From: a virus | Taxonomy: Duplodnaviria > Caudoviricetes | Virus record (IMG/VR): IMGVR_UViG_3300046007_004004 | Span: 802 to 64,801 of that record | Strand: one strand, 5' to 3' | DNA length: 64,000 bases | Part shown: positions 11,009-20,519 of the stretch, in pieces | Layout of the letters: each line of letters opens with the position of its first letter | Numbering within the stretch: the first letter of the stretch is position 1 | Notes under the pieces: generated by a model | Database searches by the model: none | The model's input: only the letters and a program-made list of their open reading frames with translations | What the model was told of the DNA's origin: nothing | Made by a program: the position numbers and the translations under genes

Positions 11009-11599
11009 TTATTTATTCAAATAGGGCTGATATATCTGTTCTAATTGCTGTATAGCGTTCTCTACGTTGTTATCTCTATAGAGTATACCTATACCCCCTG
11101 CGTTATCCCATGCTTCTATGTTCTTTTTATGATCGTCTACTAGTATGTTACTAGTACCGCCCTTTGTGGCCATGCGCTCCTTATCGCCCCTAAAAATAGG
11201 GGTTCCATACTTAGCATATCCAGGATGATGTTTTTCAAGCCATTCCATCTTACCCCTAGCACTTGCTTCATTGTTTCCGCGTAGAGGGGCACTCAATATT
11301 GTATATGGGATGTTATTATCAACAAGCCATTTATAAAGTGCTATAAAGTTAGGTAAAGGTTCTAGATTTGCGAAAAATTGCTCTACAAACTCTGGTCCTT
11401 CGCTAGTCAATTCCTTGATGCTTTGCTCACGTTGTTCTTTACTACCTATATCTTTATAGCGTTCTACGTGATCCATACCGAATTTTTTATTGTGCCACTG
11501 TGCCCATGCTGTGAAAAAATCACATTGGACCCCGTCCATATCTAGGTATAGATGTGGTATTTTCTTTTCATCTTCTAATAATAGTTCAAGTATTTTCAT
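11009..11599 (-). CDS. HAD-family 5'(3')-deoxyribonucleotidase with MKILELLLE leader
   Basis: YLDMDGV, ILSAP, K, LVDD motifs. Confidence 0.85.
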   Translation of the reverse strand: MKILELLLEDEKKIPHLYLDMDGVQCDFFTAWAQWHNKKFGMDHVERYKDIGSKEQREQSIKELTSEGPEFVEQFFANLEPLPNFIALYKWLVDNNIPYTILSAPLRGNNEASARGKMEWLEKHHPGYAKYGTPIFRGDKERMATKGGTSNILVDDHKKNIEAWDNAGGIGILYRDNNVENAIQQLEQIYQPYLNK

Positions 11600-11607
11600 A
11601 GATATAT

Positions 11608-11889
11608 TTATAGATTTTTAAACTTATCAGGGCGTTTTCTGTCCGGAGTATAATCAACAAAAGGTATTGGCTTTCGATTTATAAAAATGTTCTCTACGTT
11701 TTTTAGATCGTCACCATATTTTAAAAGTAAGTAACTATAGGTTTCGTCGCTAACCTTATCACTACCTAGCATTAAATAATTACTCCATTTAAGTTGAAAA
11801 CCAAATAGCTTCTTTAAGCCAGTATCAGACAGTAGGTCATCAAAGTTATCATTTTCACGATAAAAAATATAGTACTTCATTTTTTCCAA
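11608..11889 (-). CDS. small hypothetical protein
   Basis: ORF in operon; YLLLKY tail resembles the FxLxW family. Confidence 0.55.
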   Translation of the reverse strand: MEKMKYYIFYRENDNFDDLLSDTGLKKLFGFQLKWSNYLMLGSDKVSDETYSYLLLKYGDDLKNVENIFINRKPIPFVDYTPDRKRPDKFKNL

Positions 11890-12086
11890 ATATTGAATGT
11901 TACGTAATCTCTTTCAAGCTCAAATAAAAATACATAAGTATTGGTAGAAATGCTATCTAAATCTATTTCATCCGTAAACTTCCAATCGCCTACCATGTTA
12001 TTTTCACACCATTTTACAACTTCTTTGAGTTCGCCGAACGGGATATGAAGTTTAGTTTTATATGCTGTTGTTATGTTTATGGACAT
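11877..12086 (-). CDS. small 'WC...F.F..E.D...F..W' family protein
   Basis: EVVKWCENN...FLFELERDYVTFNIW. Confidence 0.6.
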   Translation of the reverse strand: MSINITTAYKTKLHIPFGELKEVVKWCENNMVGDWKFTDEIDLDSISTNTYVFLFELERDYVTFNIWKK

Positions 12087-12486
12087 TTACTCCACTTAAC
12101 TTTAAGAAATTTACTCCGCTGTCATCGCGGTATTGTTCTTTATAATATAATGTCTTTATACCGCTCTGATAAATCAGTTTGGCACATTCAATGCAAGGAG
12201 CATGTGTACAAAACAATGTACTACCTTGACTGCTCTCCGTGCTTTGTGCTACTTTGGCTATAGCGTTTGTCTCAGCATGTAGTACTTCGGGTTTAGTTTT
12301 AAGTATCCCTTTTTCGTCTGGTACCTCACAAACATTTTCCCAACCGCTAGGCATACCATTATATCCTGTAGCAAGAATCTGATTGTCTTTGACGATGACA
12401 GCGCCAACTTGTAAACGTTTAGCATAACTGAGGGTACTGGTCACCTCAGCAATCTTCATATAATAGTCAATAAATTTAGGTTTCAT
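12058..12486 (-). CDS. dCMP deaminase
   Basis: TGYNG, HAETNA and PCIEC Zn motifs. Confidence 0.93.
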   Translation of the reverse strand: MKPKFIDYYMKIAEVTSTLSYAKRLQVGAVIVKDNQILATGYNGMPSGWENVCEVPDEKGILKTKPEVLHAETNAIAKVAQSTESSQGSTLFCTHAPCIECAKLIYQSGIKTLYYKEQYRDDSGVNFLKLSGVNVHKHNNSI

Positions 12487-12487
12487 G

Positions 12488-13024
12488 TCAGTCCCAAAGA
12501 TGTCTGTAGTATTTGCCAAACAGTTCTAATCCTTCTTGGATACGTTCTTCATGTAGACGCATACCCTCATAATCAGTCCAATGCTCAGTAGGATTTTTAT
12601 CTACCATTTTGTAAGTCTTTTCTGTTTTACCTGTATTAGGATCAACAAAATCGTCACAGGGTTCCCAATCATATTCAGGTGTACCATGATGATATTGTGC
12701 TTCCCAATTGTCAAAAACTAATTGCTGAAAACTCCAAATCATCTTGTCTAATGTATCTTCCCAACGTTTGCAGGCAATATCGAAAGATTCATTATGAGTT
12801 TCTTTGTAGAAATCAAAACTATCTTGGCTATCATAGTCAGCACCACCAACGTCACCAACAAATTGACCTGGTACGCCCATTTTTTCTTTTTTCAGTTGCA
12901 TTAGTGCAGGAAGAATGATATACGCTAGAGAATGATCTAAACTCCATGTATCAAAATCCTCTATAGTGACTTTGATCTTTCTATAATCGGAATTCTTATT
13001 GTATTTTCCTAAGTTTACTTTCAT
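12488..13024 (-). CDS. conserved hypothetical phage protein
   Basis: DTWSLDHSLA...LDKMIWSF...GLELFGKYYRHLWD. Confidence 0.7.
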   Translation of the reverse strand: MKVNLGKYNKNSDYRKIKVTIEDFDTWSLDHSLAYIILPALMQLKKEKMGVPGQFVGDVGGADYDSQDSFDFYKETHNESFDIACKRWEDTLDKMIWSFQQLVFDNWEAQYHHGTPEYDWEPCDDFVDPNTGKTEKTYKMVDKNPTEHWTDYEGMRLHEERIQEGLELFGKYYRHLWD

Positions 13025-13404
13025 TCAATATCTTTCAGATCGTTTTTAATCTTGCCCTCTACGAACCAAAATTGTAAGTCATTATGATTTACAACTGCAA
13101 AGGTTACTTTATTAAACCTATAAACATTGTCAGCAAGTTCATCTAACGATACTGCCTGACTCACAAAATCGCCTGTATCTTTGTTATACAATAGTATACT
13201 ACTTCCATTAGTCTCTGTATAGAAGTTTGGAACTTTGATAGTCCTCACACCATTCATCTCAAAATAGTTTTCAGCCATTTCATCTAATGTCAACCCGTTT
13301 TCTTGAGCAACTTTTTTAAGCGCATTACGTAGTTTCCATACCATATAAAAATGGCAACAGACCCAACCTGTCAAAAACATTTGAAAATAGATTAGTATAT
13401 CCAT
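13021..13404 (-). CDS. hypothetical protein with N-terminal membrane anchor
   Basis: Hydrophobic N-terminus; TAAATA 5 nt upstream of ATG 13404. Confidence 0.6.
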   Translation of the reverse strand: MDILIYFQMFLTGWVCCHFYMVWKLRNALKKVAQENGLTLDEMAENYFEMNGVRTIKVPNFYTETNGSSILLYNKDTGDFVSQAVSLDELADNVYRFNKVTFAVVNHNDLQFWFVEGKIKNDLKDIE

Positions 13405-13423
13405 AACCATATTTATATACCTC

Positions 13424-13462
13424 AAAAAAGAAAAAGTACCGACATATCACTATATCGGTACT
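13424..13462 (-). terminator. intrinsic terminator
   Basis: AGTACCGATATA/TATGTCGGTACT stem followed by a U-rich run on the minus strand. Confidence 0.8.
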
Positions 13463-13524
13463 GTGGGTCAATATTTGAATTACGACCTATAATCACTATA
13501 TCAGAACTTTATGATTTATAGTAA

Positions 13525-13551
13525 GCGGGACTCAGGGCGCCCGCAAGCCCT
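13525..13551 (-). ncRNA. candidate H-type pseudoknot motif, copy A
   Basis: AGGGC/GCCCU stem whose loop GCGGG pairs with downstream CCCGC; second copy at 23040-23083. Confidence 0.45.
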
Positions 13552-13559
13552 CCCGTCAA

Positions 13560-13826
13560 TTAGACGAGACCGGCAGCAAGAGCCTTGTAGCCAGCAGCAA
13601 CAACAGCGCGGCTCGGAGTTCCGAGACGATACTTAGTGCTGACGCGACCATTGCTGTCAGTGCGACGGTTAGCGTAAACAGCAAAGCCATTGAAACGCAA
13701 GTCAGAGACAGTGGCAGTAGGATTGGCAATACCAAAACGTGCCTTGATCTGAGCAGCAGTCAATTGCTCGCCATTACGTAGAGCTTCCAAAAGACGCTCT
13801 TGCTTCGTTACAGTTACAGTAGTCAT
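13560..13826 (-). CDS. winged-HTH DNA-binding protein
   Basis: LLEALRNGEQLTAAQIKARFGIANPTATVSDLR; strong SD; biased codon usage. Confidence 0.7.
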   Translation of the reverse strand: MTTVTVTKQERLLEALRNGEQLTAAQIKARFGIANPTATVSDLRFNGFAVYANRRTDSNGRVSTKYRLGTPSRAVVAAGYKALAAGLV

Positions 13827-13873
13827 TTTATTTTCCTCTTAGTTTTTGCGTTGTCTTTCAACAACGTAAAGAT

Positions 13874-13902
13874 ATTATATGATACTTTACTTGAGGATAC
13901 AA
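13874..13902 (-). promoter_or_regulatory. sigma70-type promoter
   Basis: TTGTAT-17 nt-TATAAT. Confidence 0.7.
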
Positions 13903-13911
13903 CTGTTTTGG

Positions 13912-14772
13912 TTACCTATTTGCTTGTAAGGTATCCAAATCAATAAAAAAGTCTTTGCTCCAACCACTGTCAGGCTCGTGCCCTTCATAACCGCGAGGAT
14001 TGCAAGCGACCATGGTATTTCCTACCATATAGGTAAAAGCGTGGTGTGTATGACCCTGTGTCCATAGTTTGATATTTGGGTTATCAAGTATGAAACCGCT
14101 AAGGTCGCTACAAAATGCACCATTTAAATGATAATCGTTTTTATACTTTTCATGTATGCTGAGATGCGACGGTCCAAAATGTGTAACTACTACACAATTA
14201 TCATAATTTGGTAAAGTATCTTTTAGCCATTTTACATGATCGTAGTGCCTTTGAACAGTATGTTTAGCACTAATCTTTCTATATCCCAATTTGTCATCAC
14301 GTATTAATCTATGATCATTTAGTAGATTAGATACATTTAGCATAGTAAGCGGATCTTCTTTGTTTAAGTCTGTCCACAATGTGCAACCGATAAATGGCAC
14401 ACCATCTATAACCTTTACTTCTTTATTAAGAAAATATATATTAGGCCAATGATTGCATTCTTCTTTAAGATGATCCAGTGTTTTGTACCATGTGCCATGA
14501 TAGTGTTCATGGTTGCCTGCCACATAGATAACGTGTGGAAAGTTCTTGCTACAACGGTCAAGAAAGTTACGAAAACGATCCGCACATTGGGGGCGCATCG
14601 CGCCAGACTTCCAAAGATATTGTTTACTTTCTACCCAACTCTGTCTTGGGTGGTCATGAAGGTCTTGAGCGATGAGGATATCACCGCTCAAGATTAGTAC
14701 ATCACAACCATTATTTGGAATGTCTACATCACTAAATTCAAGATGTAGATCACTCACAAGTTTGATTTTCAT
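13912..14772 (-). CDS. calcineurin-like metallophosphoesterase
   Basis: SDLH, GD, GNHE, THxxP, GHTH, NPRGY. Confidence 0.92.
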   Translation of the reverse strand: MKIKLVSDLHLEFSDVDIPNNGCDVLILSGDILIAQDLHDHPRQSWVESKQYLWKSGAMRPQCADRFRNFLDRCSKNFPHVIYVAGNHEHYHGTWYKTLDHLKEECNHWPNIYFLNKEVKVIDGVPFIGCTLWTDLNKEDPLTMLNVSNLLNDHRLIRDDKLGYRKISAKHTVQRHYDHVKWLKDTLPNYDNCVVVTHFGPSHLSIHEKYKNDYHLNGAFCSDLSGFILDNPNIKLWTQGHTHHAFTYMVGNTMVACNPRGYEGHEPDSGWSKDFFIDLDTLQANR

Positions 14773-14773
14773 T

Positions 14774-15715
14774 TTACTCTTCTAAATCTTCCCAACCTTG
14801 CTTTAGCATCATACTAAAATCATATTCGATATCGCCCTTAGGTACATATCCTACATTTGCGAAAAAGCCCTTTCCCCATGTGCTGAGTTCGTTTGTATCT
14901 ACGTTCAATCCGACTTTATCGTAATAAAACATCTCAGCACTGTTGCTCATAGTGTTATCAAGTGCCACATAAGCAAACTTCTTAGGATCAAAGTCCTCAC
15001 CATTAGTCATGACATAAAGATGACCAAACACGCCCTTCTGGCTATCATACAGCATGATGACTGGCACAGGGTCAACAATACCTTTCTTAGTATCGTGGAC
15101 ATATAGTTCACGGCTGACTACACAATTATCATAATTGTATGATTGTACCTTGTCAATCTCTCTAGTCATAGTTGCTGACCAGTCGAATGTTTTCTTGCGT
15201 GTTTCTTTATCACTCCAACGCAATTCACCATCGACATATTCGGCGCGTGGATCGACAGTTACTTCAGTCACATTGTATGAACCATATTCATAACTGACCA
15301 TTGTCTCATGTTCGATGTCATCAAAGTCCCAGTATTCACGATTGCCGCTGCCTTCATATACTTCTGGGCTATTCTTGTCAAAGCCTTCGATCTCGTCACG
15401 CTCGACTTCTTCATCCTCGTCACTAAAATCGTCGCCATACATCATCATATCATTCATGGCATGCATATGATCCATGAGTAATTCTTTGCGATCTTTATGT
15501 AGCCAATATTGTACAAACTCTTCAGTAGATTTACCAACAATGAGTTCGCCTCCATATCCACCTAATTCGATCTTGAAGAAACGCTTGCCTTTATGTGGGT
15601 TAGCGACCTTCTTAGTTGCTACCTTTTTAGCAGGTGTCTTACTCTTCTTAGGTGCAGGCTTAGCCTTGACCTTAGTAGAACGCTTCGTAGTCTTTGACTT
15701 CTTCTTTGCGGCCAT
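14774..15715 (-). CDS. hypothetical protein with histone-like K/A-rich N-terminus and acidic core
   Basis: Composition; SD GAGG upstream. Confidence 0.65.
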   Translation of the reverse strand: MAAKKKSKTTKRSTKVKAKPAPKKSKTPAKKVATKKVANPHKGKRFFKIELGGYGGELIVGKSTEEFVQYWLHKDRKELLMDHMHAMNDMMMYGDDFSDEDEEVERDEIEGFDKNSPEVYEGSGNREYWDFDDIEHETMVSYEYGSYNVTEVTVDPRAEYVDGELRWSDKETRKKTFDWSATMTREIDKVQSYNYDNCVVSRELYVHDTKKGIVDPVPVIMLYDSQKGVFGHLYVMTNGEDFDPKKFAYVALDNTMSNSAEMFYYDKVGLNVDTNELSTWGKGFFANVGYVPKGDIEYDFSMMLKQGWEDLEE

Positions 15716-15843
15716 GTTTACCTCTTTTGTTGAATGATTTATCTTTGAAAAGTTTGAAATGGGGCAATACTAGAAAGAATAACAGAAAGAAGCCTCCTAG
15801 TAAAGCAAGTACGGGCACTAGACATAGTTTAGCTAGAAAATTT

Positions 15844-16041
15844 TTACAGTAGTTCAACATATAACACCACACAAAAAACTATAACCATGATAGGCACTAA
15901 CACTAGTGCCGTGAATCTATCAAACTTATTGTTCCAATCAAATGCATGTTTTTGATTTGGACAACGACCCTGTTGCCACTCACAGTAACTAACAGGGCGT
16001 TTATCAACACCTAATTCTTTTTCACAGATATCGCAACGCAT
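15844..16041 (-). CDS. small Cys-containing membrane protein
   Basis: CDIC...CEWQQGRCP plus C-terminal TM helix. Confidence 0.55.
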   Translation of the reverse strand: MRCDICEKELGVDKRPVSYCEWQQGRCPNQKHAFDWNNKFDRFTALVLVPIMVIVFCVVLYVELL

Positions 16042-16042
16042 A

Positions 16043-16207
16043 TCAGGCTACGATGTTGTATTCTTCGCGTAAGATTTTCTTGTAGGGCTTGCCTTCTTCC
16101 ATCAGTGTACACACTAACTTTAGTTTATCAGCCAACAATAACTTACCGTCCTTCTGTAAAGAAACGATAACTTCACGTAGTTCATCGATACTAATTGGTA
16201 GGTCCAT
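16043..16207 (-). CDS. small hypothetical protein
   Basis: MDLPISIDEL...; coupled to upstream gene. Confidence 0.55.
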   Translation of the reverse strand: MDLPISIDELREVIVSLQKDGKLLLADKLKLVCTLMEEGKPYKKILREEYNIVA

Positions 16208-16568
16208 TTTGCACTCCCTTTTCATATGCTTCTTGCTCAAGCTTAGCCTGTAGTTGTTCTAAGTTATGCACACAACCTTCTGTCCAAGCCTTTCTAGCAC
16301 CATCATTACCGCGATACTTTGCAGGAACATTTCTACGACACTCGCGCACAAAATCTCTACGTTCATAACGCTGACCATCAGCCATACGTGCGCCAATCAA
16401 TGCGCCTAATGCTGTAGCAATCTTTTGACCATCACCATCGCCGATAGTGCTTCCAATTGCGCCCCCAACAACTGCACCGATCAGTTTGTCCGTATCGTTG
16501 CTTTGTGCGATTGCATTTGAGCCAAATAGGAGGCTTACACACATAACAGCTAAAACTTTTTGTACCAT
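16191..16568 (-). CDS. secreted glycine-zipper protein
   Basis: Signal peptide; GAVVGGAIGSTIGDGDGQKIATALGALIG. Confidence 0.75.
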   Translation of the reverse strand: MVQKVLAVMCVSLLFGSNAIAQSNDTDKLIGAVVGGAIGSTIGDGDGQKIATALGALIGARMADGQRYERRDFVRECRRNVPAKYRGNDGARKAWTEGCVHNLEQLQAKLEQEAYEKGVQNGPTN

Positions 16569-16592
16569 ATTTCAACACTCCTAAAATACTAT

Positions 16593-16853
16593 TTAGATTA
16601 TACCCATCATGGTAGCGATACCAACAGCATTGATGATCGCCATGATGAAATTGACAAGTATGATAGCCTTATCATTCCATCGTATGCCTACATACATCCA
16701 ACCAACAGCACCGATCCAACTAGCGATGGCATCATAGATAATTAGGTCAGCATTACCTGTGCCGCGACCTAATGCCATGCCTACAAGCATGATGATGCTC
16801 ACAGACCATTTGATATACCATATATGGTCTTGTTCTTTTAGATATTTTATCAT
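16593..16853 (-). CDS. small 3-TM membrane protein
   Basis: WYIKW...GWMYVG..WNDKAIILVN. Confidence 0.65.
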   Translation of the reverse strand: MIKYLKEQDHIWYIKWSVSIIMLVGMALGRGTGNADLIIYDAIASWIGAVGWMYVGIRWNDKAIILVNFIMAIINAVGIATMMGII

Positions 16854-17158
16854 GTTTCAACACCTTCGACTAAACTATTGAATACGCTGCAAGTTCCGCC
16901 CCATCGTAAAATAAAAAGCATAGCCTTTTTGCTATCGTCAAACAACATGTCAACTGATGAAACTAACTGGATACTATTAGTAGTCTTATTGTATGTAAAT
17001 TTATCGCCCCTAATGTAGTTGAACCTCATATGCCAACCTGGATGTAATTCATAAGCATGATTATGTGGCCACATTATTTGGCACCACTCCTGTACTTCTG
17101 ATATCAAGTGATCATCCATATCTATGGCAACTATATACGATATGTCATCATCAAACAT
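16850..17158 (-). CDS. 'WC...FxLRW' family protein
   Basis: EVQEWC...KKAMLFILRW. Confidence 0.55.
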   Translation of the reverse strand: MFDDDISYIVAIDMDDHLISEVQEWCQIMWPHNHAYELHPGWHMRFNYIRGDKFTYNKTTNSIQLVSSVDMLFDDSKKAMLFILRWGGTCSVFNSLVEGVET

Positions 17159-17348
17159 CTATTTCCCCCTCGCCTGTCATGTGCTGTACCATATCTATCA
17201 TACACGATAAACACCAGGGACAAAAACTAACTGGGGTGATACCAAAGTACCCATTAGTACCGCCCTCGCCCTCGAGGTCGAATTCACTGTCACAAATATT
17301 ACAGTTTAGATTTGTTGAACCATCTAATTTTTGGATTGTGTCTTTCAT
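17151..17348 (-). CDS. small Zn-finger protein
   Basis: CNIC...CPWC; promoter TTGAAA-17-TACGAT upstream. Confidence 0.6.
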   Translation of the reverse strand: MKDTIQKLDGSTNLNCNICDSEFDLEGEGGTNGYFGITPVSFCPWCLSCMIDMVQHMTGEGEIDV

Positions 17349-17632
17349 ATTCTTTTATAATTCTATCGTAACCCCAACGGCGTTTAGTTTCAAGTTTTTC
17401 TAACCACTCCAGTTAGTATCGTAATGAATCACGCAATGAAAATCCAATATAGTGGCACTAATACAAAATACACAAAAAAGGTATTAGCAAGTGCGATCTT
17501 GTGAAAATTTTCATCACTAAAAATATCTTTCATATCAAAACCATCCTGAATATTTGAAAAGCCAATAAATGAAACCCATGATAGCATAGATGCCTACACA
17601 AATCAAGAGAAATTCTAACACAACACGCCTCA

Positions 17633-17908
17633 TTATTCAATATCCTTTTTATCCATTTGTGGATGATACTCACGAACCAATTGTTCAAACTGACGGAACA
17701 GTTTATTGAAACGAATTTCATACATTTGTTCCATACCCATTAGTACATTAGTAATCTGATCCTTAGTCATATCACCCTCAAGTACCTCTTCGCTAAGGTC
17801 CTTGATATCAGTAGTGACATGCCAGCAACTCATAATCTGCTGCTCAAAATCAAAACGATTGAACGCCGCAAAAATCTTACCATCCTTATCTACAAATGCT
17901 TTAGCCAT
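17633..17908 (-). CDS. conserved hypothetical phage protein
   Basis: RFDFEQQIMSCW; SD supplied by an HFGV-type junction remnant. Confidence 0.65.
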   Translation of the reverse strand: MAKAFVDKDGKIFAAFNRFDFEQQIMSCWHVTTDIKDLSEEVLEGDMTKDQITNVLMGMEQMYEIRFNKLFRQFEQLVREYHPQMDKKDIE

Positions 17909-17948
17909 ATTACTTTACTCCAAAATGTTCTTTGATCTGTTTGAAATG

Positions 17949-18542
17949 TTAGCCGTGTGTGAGACCAAAATCTTCATATCCAGACTCCTTGGCATGTTCA
18001 TCGCAAAGAGTGCGAATCCATCCACCGTTTCGAATTTTACCAGGCGAGCCACAGACTTCACAAGTCACAGCACTCATTGATTCAGCCATGCTTTCTACAC
18101 CACGACAATAATCATCACCGCCACAATAGTAAAAACTCAGTGTTCCAAACTTCTCTTTGATCTGAGTGGCGATCACTTGATCACATGCTTCGGGAACTCT
18201 TTGACACTGCGGTTCAATATCTTCAAGAACCTTTGCAGCCTCTTGAATACCATATATACTTGGCTCTGTGCATTTTCGTGATGTGAAGTGCATTTGCAGA
18301 GGACGAACATCGCCTCTTACTGCACGACGCAAAGCACGATTGTAGCGCAATGCTCTTGCTCTTTGCGCTCGGGTGTAATCGATGTGCCATTGAATAAGAG
18401 AACATGCCTTATCAAGAATGTTATACCAACCATCATCACACTCAAATCCCCAACACATGGCTGTATCGCGCATGTTGCCATTGCGATCCCGAAAGATCTT
18501 CGGATACTTCTTACACAGTGCTTCGTCTAGTTCTTTACGCAT
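17949..18542 (-). CDS. conserved hypothetical protein with C-terminal Zn ribbon
   Basis: MCWGFECDDGW, QIKEKFGTL, TCEVCG...TLCDEH. Confidence 0.75.
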   Translation of the reverse strand: MRKELDEALCKKYPKIFRDRNGNMRDTAMCWGFECDDGWYNILDKACSLIQWHIDYTRAQRARALRYNRALRRAVRGDVRPLQMHFTSRKCTEPSIYGIQEAAKVLEDIEPQCQRVPEACDQVIATQIKEKFGTLSFYYCGGDDYCRGVESMAESMSAVTCEVCGSPGKIRNGGWIRTLCDEHAKESGYEDFGLTHG

Positions 18543-18712
18543 GTCACGACCTCAGTATTTCCACTTATCTTTTTAACATCGTCCTTATTATAATCGCTGC
18601 GTTCAGGGCAGCGGATCTTCAACTTGATGTCCACACCTTCCAAAAATGAGTTGGCTGATGTAAAATCATTCTTCACGACAAGACACCAACCATTACTCAG
18701 TGGATTCATCAC
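18527..18712 (-). CDS. small hypothetical protein (array cassette)
   Basis: Starts at a junction ATG. Confidence 0.5.
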   Translation of the reverse strand: MMNPLSNGWCLVVKNDFTSANSFLEGVDIKLKIRCPERSDYNKDDVKKISGNTEVVTCVKN

Positions 18713-18855
18713 TCAACTCCAAAATGTTTTCGCATATACCAACCAACAGAAATGTCGGGATCGGGAGTGTCTGTGTGCTTATGCGCACGATTCCAACCCA
18801 GCATCACACCAGTCTCAACACACTGTGTAATTAGATTATACTCTTTTGCTTTCAT
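18709..18855 (-). CDS. small protein MKAKEYNL... with grafted KHFGVE tail
   Basis: ATG overlaps the previous stop; C-terminus is the junction peptide. Confidence 0.55.
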   Translation of the reverse strand: MKAKEYNLITQCVETGVMLGWNRAHKHTDTPDPDISVGWYMRKHFGVE

Positions 18856-19247
18856 TTGCTCCCCCTCGCACGGATGGCGGCGCGGGCGGCTGCAACTACA
18901 TCGTCTGGCGCAAGTGTTTGCCACCCAAGCAAGTCTGTAAGCGCCTCCAACAGTTCCGCGTTGACCTCTCGCAACCGCTTGTTCTCATCGTAGAGGCGAG
19001 GAGCGTCGGCAATCAGGCGGGCGTTGGCTTCGTTCTCGCCAGCCACATAACCGTCAGGACACGCCGCCACTTGCAAATGCAAAGTCCTGTCGGCACTTAC
19101 CCAAAACCACGGTTCGCGCCCCTCCAAGTGGCCCGTACCCATCGGGCAACTCATTGTCCACGGCCCCGGTGTGTGCTTGCTAACGGCTGTGGTCTTTTTG
19201 TTGAACTCCGCCATTTCTCGGCGCATAGCGTCGTAGATGTTACTCAC
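18852..19247 (-). CDS. temperate-phage-type 'KHTPGPW...ANARLIA.AP' hypothetical protein
   Basis: Motifs typical of proteobacterial prophage early genes; visibly GC-richer than the flanks. Confidence 0.7.
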   Translation of the reverse strand: MSNIYDAMRREMAEFNKKTTAVSKHTPGPWTMSCPMGTGHLEGREPWFWVSADRTLHLQVAACPDGYVAGENEANARLIADAPRLYDENKRLREVNAELLEALTDLLGWQTLAPDDVVAAARAAIRARGSK

Positions 19248-19681
19248 GGCTTCACCTCCCGCAGCGCGTCAATAACTCTTTGAAAAGCGGCTTCCGGTGA
19301 TTTGTCTGATTCGGAAAACGGCACAGGTAGATAAATCTTCAGCATCCAGTTTTGATATCTTTCTCCGCCACTAGGATGAAGGTACTCATCACGCCACTCC
19401 GCGTGAGACAACTCATCACGAACCAAGTTCAGTAGGGCATCGCGCCCGGTCTTGACGCGATTGCACTCAATCATGTGTTCCCGCAGTGATGCACGACATG
19501 CCTCAAGCATATTCCAGTCGTATCCCAACGCCGCTTTCAGCCGCACATACTCATCGTGTAAAACAGCAAGTTCAGTCGCGGAATTAATAACCATATTTTT
19601 GATTCCATCATGCTCAATGGTGTCAGCATGAAGCATGAGCAATTGTGCTAGAGACGGTGCATTAGATTTTTCGTTCATCAC
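19244..19681 (-). CDS. hypothetical protein (array cassette, MNE start)
   Basis: Starts ATGAACGA at a junction. Confidence 0.6.
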   Translation of the reverse strand: MMNEKSNAPSLAQLLMLHADTIEHDGIKNMVINSATELAVLHDEYVRLKAALGYDWNMLEACRASLREHMIECNRVKTGRDALLNLVRDELSHAEWRDEYLHPSGGERYQNWMLKIYLPVPFSESDKSPEAAFQRVIDALREVKP

Positions 19682-19905
19682 TCAACTCCAAAATGTTCTT
19701 TGATCACAATTCCGCAATGTTCACCAAAAGCCATGTCGTGCCCTTTGCTCTCGCTAAAACAAATTTGGGCACATTCCCGAACAATCAACTCGGCGAACCT
19801 TTCAATGCTTTGATCTGTCTTCCAAACTGTCGCTCCTTCTACGAACGAGTATTCCTTCGGCACACCAGCTTGTTCAGCAAGTTCTTTAATTCGTTCGTTC
19901 ATCAT
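19678..19905 (-). CDS. MNERI/FAELIV/HFGVE scaffold protein 1
   Basis: Three conserved blocks. Confidence 0.75.
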   Translation of the reverse strand: MMNERIKELAEQAGVPKEYSFVEGATVWKTDQSIERFAELIVRECAQICFSESKGHDMAFGEHCGIVIKEHFGVE

Positions 19906-19991
19906 TCATCTCCGCTTTTAGAGTAAGATGCGCCAAAACAAAACATTATAAAACTCCATAGAGCAAGGATAACTAGATTCCACAACATCAC

Positions 19992-20303
19992 TCATCTCCA
20001 TTCCTTAACTTCTTCTGGATTACTATAGTCTACATATCGACCCTTTTCATCATTCCAGTGCCGAATGTCGTAGAAGTTAACATGGATAAACCTATAGAAC
20101 AAACCTAATGCAATCCTTATGCCAGCGTGGTCAGTTCTCATATTCCATGAAAACCCAAACTCTAAAAGTTCCGAACCACCACTACTAACATTTACTTCAA
20201 GGCATTTGTTTTTGGTCACAAGCCAAGCATTGGCAAAATAATTGCGCCCATTCTGATATGCACGCCATGGATTAGTAATGTCAAAATTTAGATTAATCAT
20301 CAC
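19992..20303 (-). CDS. hypothetical protein (array cassette)
   Basis: DHAGI...FYDIRHW. Confidence 0.6.
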   Translation of the reverse strand: MMINLNFDITNPWRAYQNGRNYFANAWLVTKNKCLEVNVSSGGSELLEFGFSWNMRTDHAGIRIALGLFYRFIHVNFYDIRHWNDEKGRYVDYSNPEEVKEWR

Positions 20304-20519
20304 TCAACTCCCTTTAGTAAAAAGCAATCCAAAAAGCATTCCAAATAGTACAATTGGAAACAACATAGTCCCAAAGAATAACACCCAGTGATAGGTGGAC
20401 ATATCCTTCCATGTAGACCGTCGCGTCAATCGACCTTTAAATTCTTCTCGCACGAACAGAGAAAAACAAATCAAAGAAATCATTCCAGCGACAACGCATC
20501 CGACAAAAAACAAGTTCAT
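20304..20519 (-). CDS. 2-TM membrane protein, paralog of 21660-21869
   Basis: Shared LFVRE..KGRL.R...WKDM.TYH.VL. Confidence 0.65.
   Translation of the reverse strand: MNLFFVGCVVAGMISLICFSLFVREEFKGRLTRRSTWKDMSTYHWVLFFGTMLFPIVLFGMLFGLLFTKGS

Noticed and set aside
13525-13551. Known ribozyme classes (pistol, twister, HDV/theta) for the pseudoknot motif
   Set aside because: Conserved catalytic nucleotides and additional stems of those classes are not present
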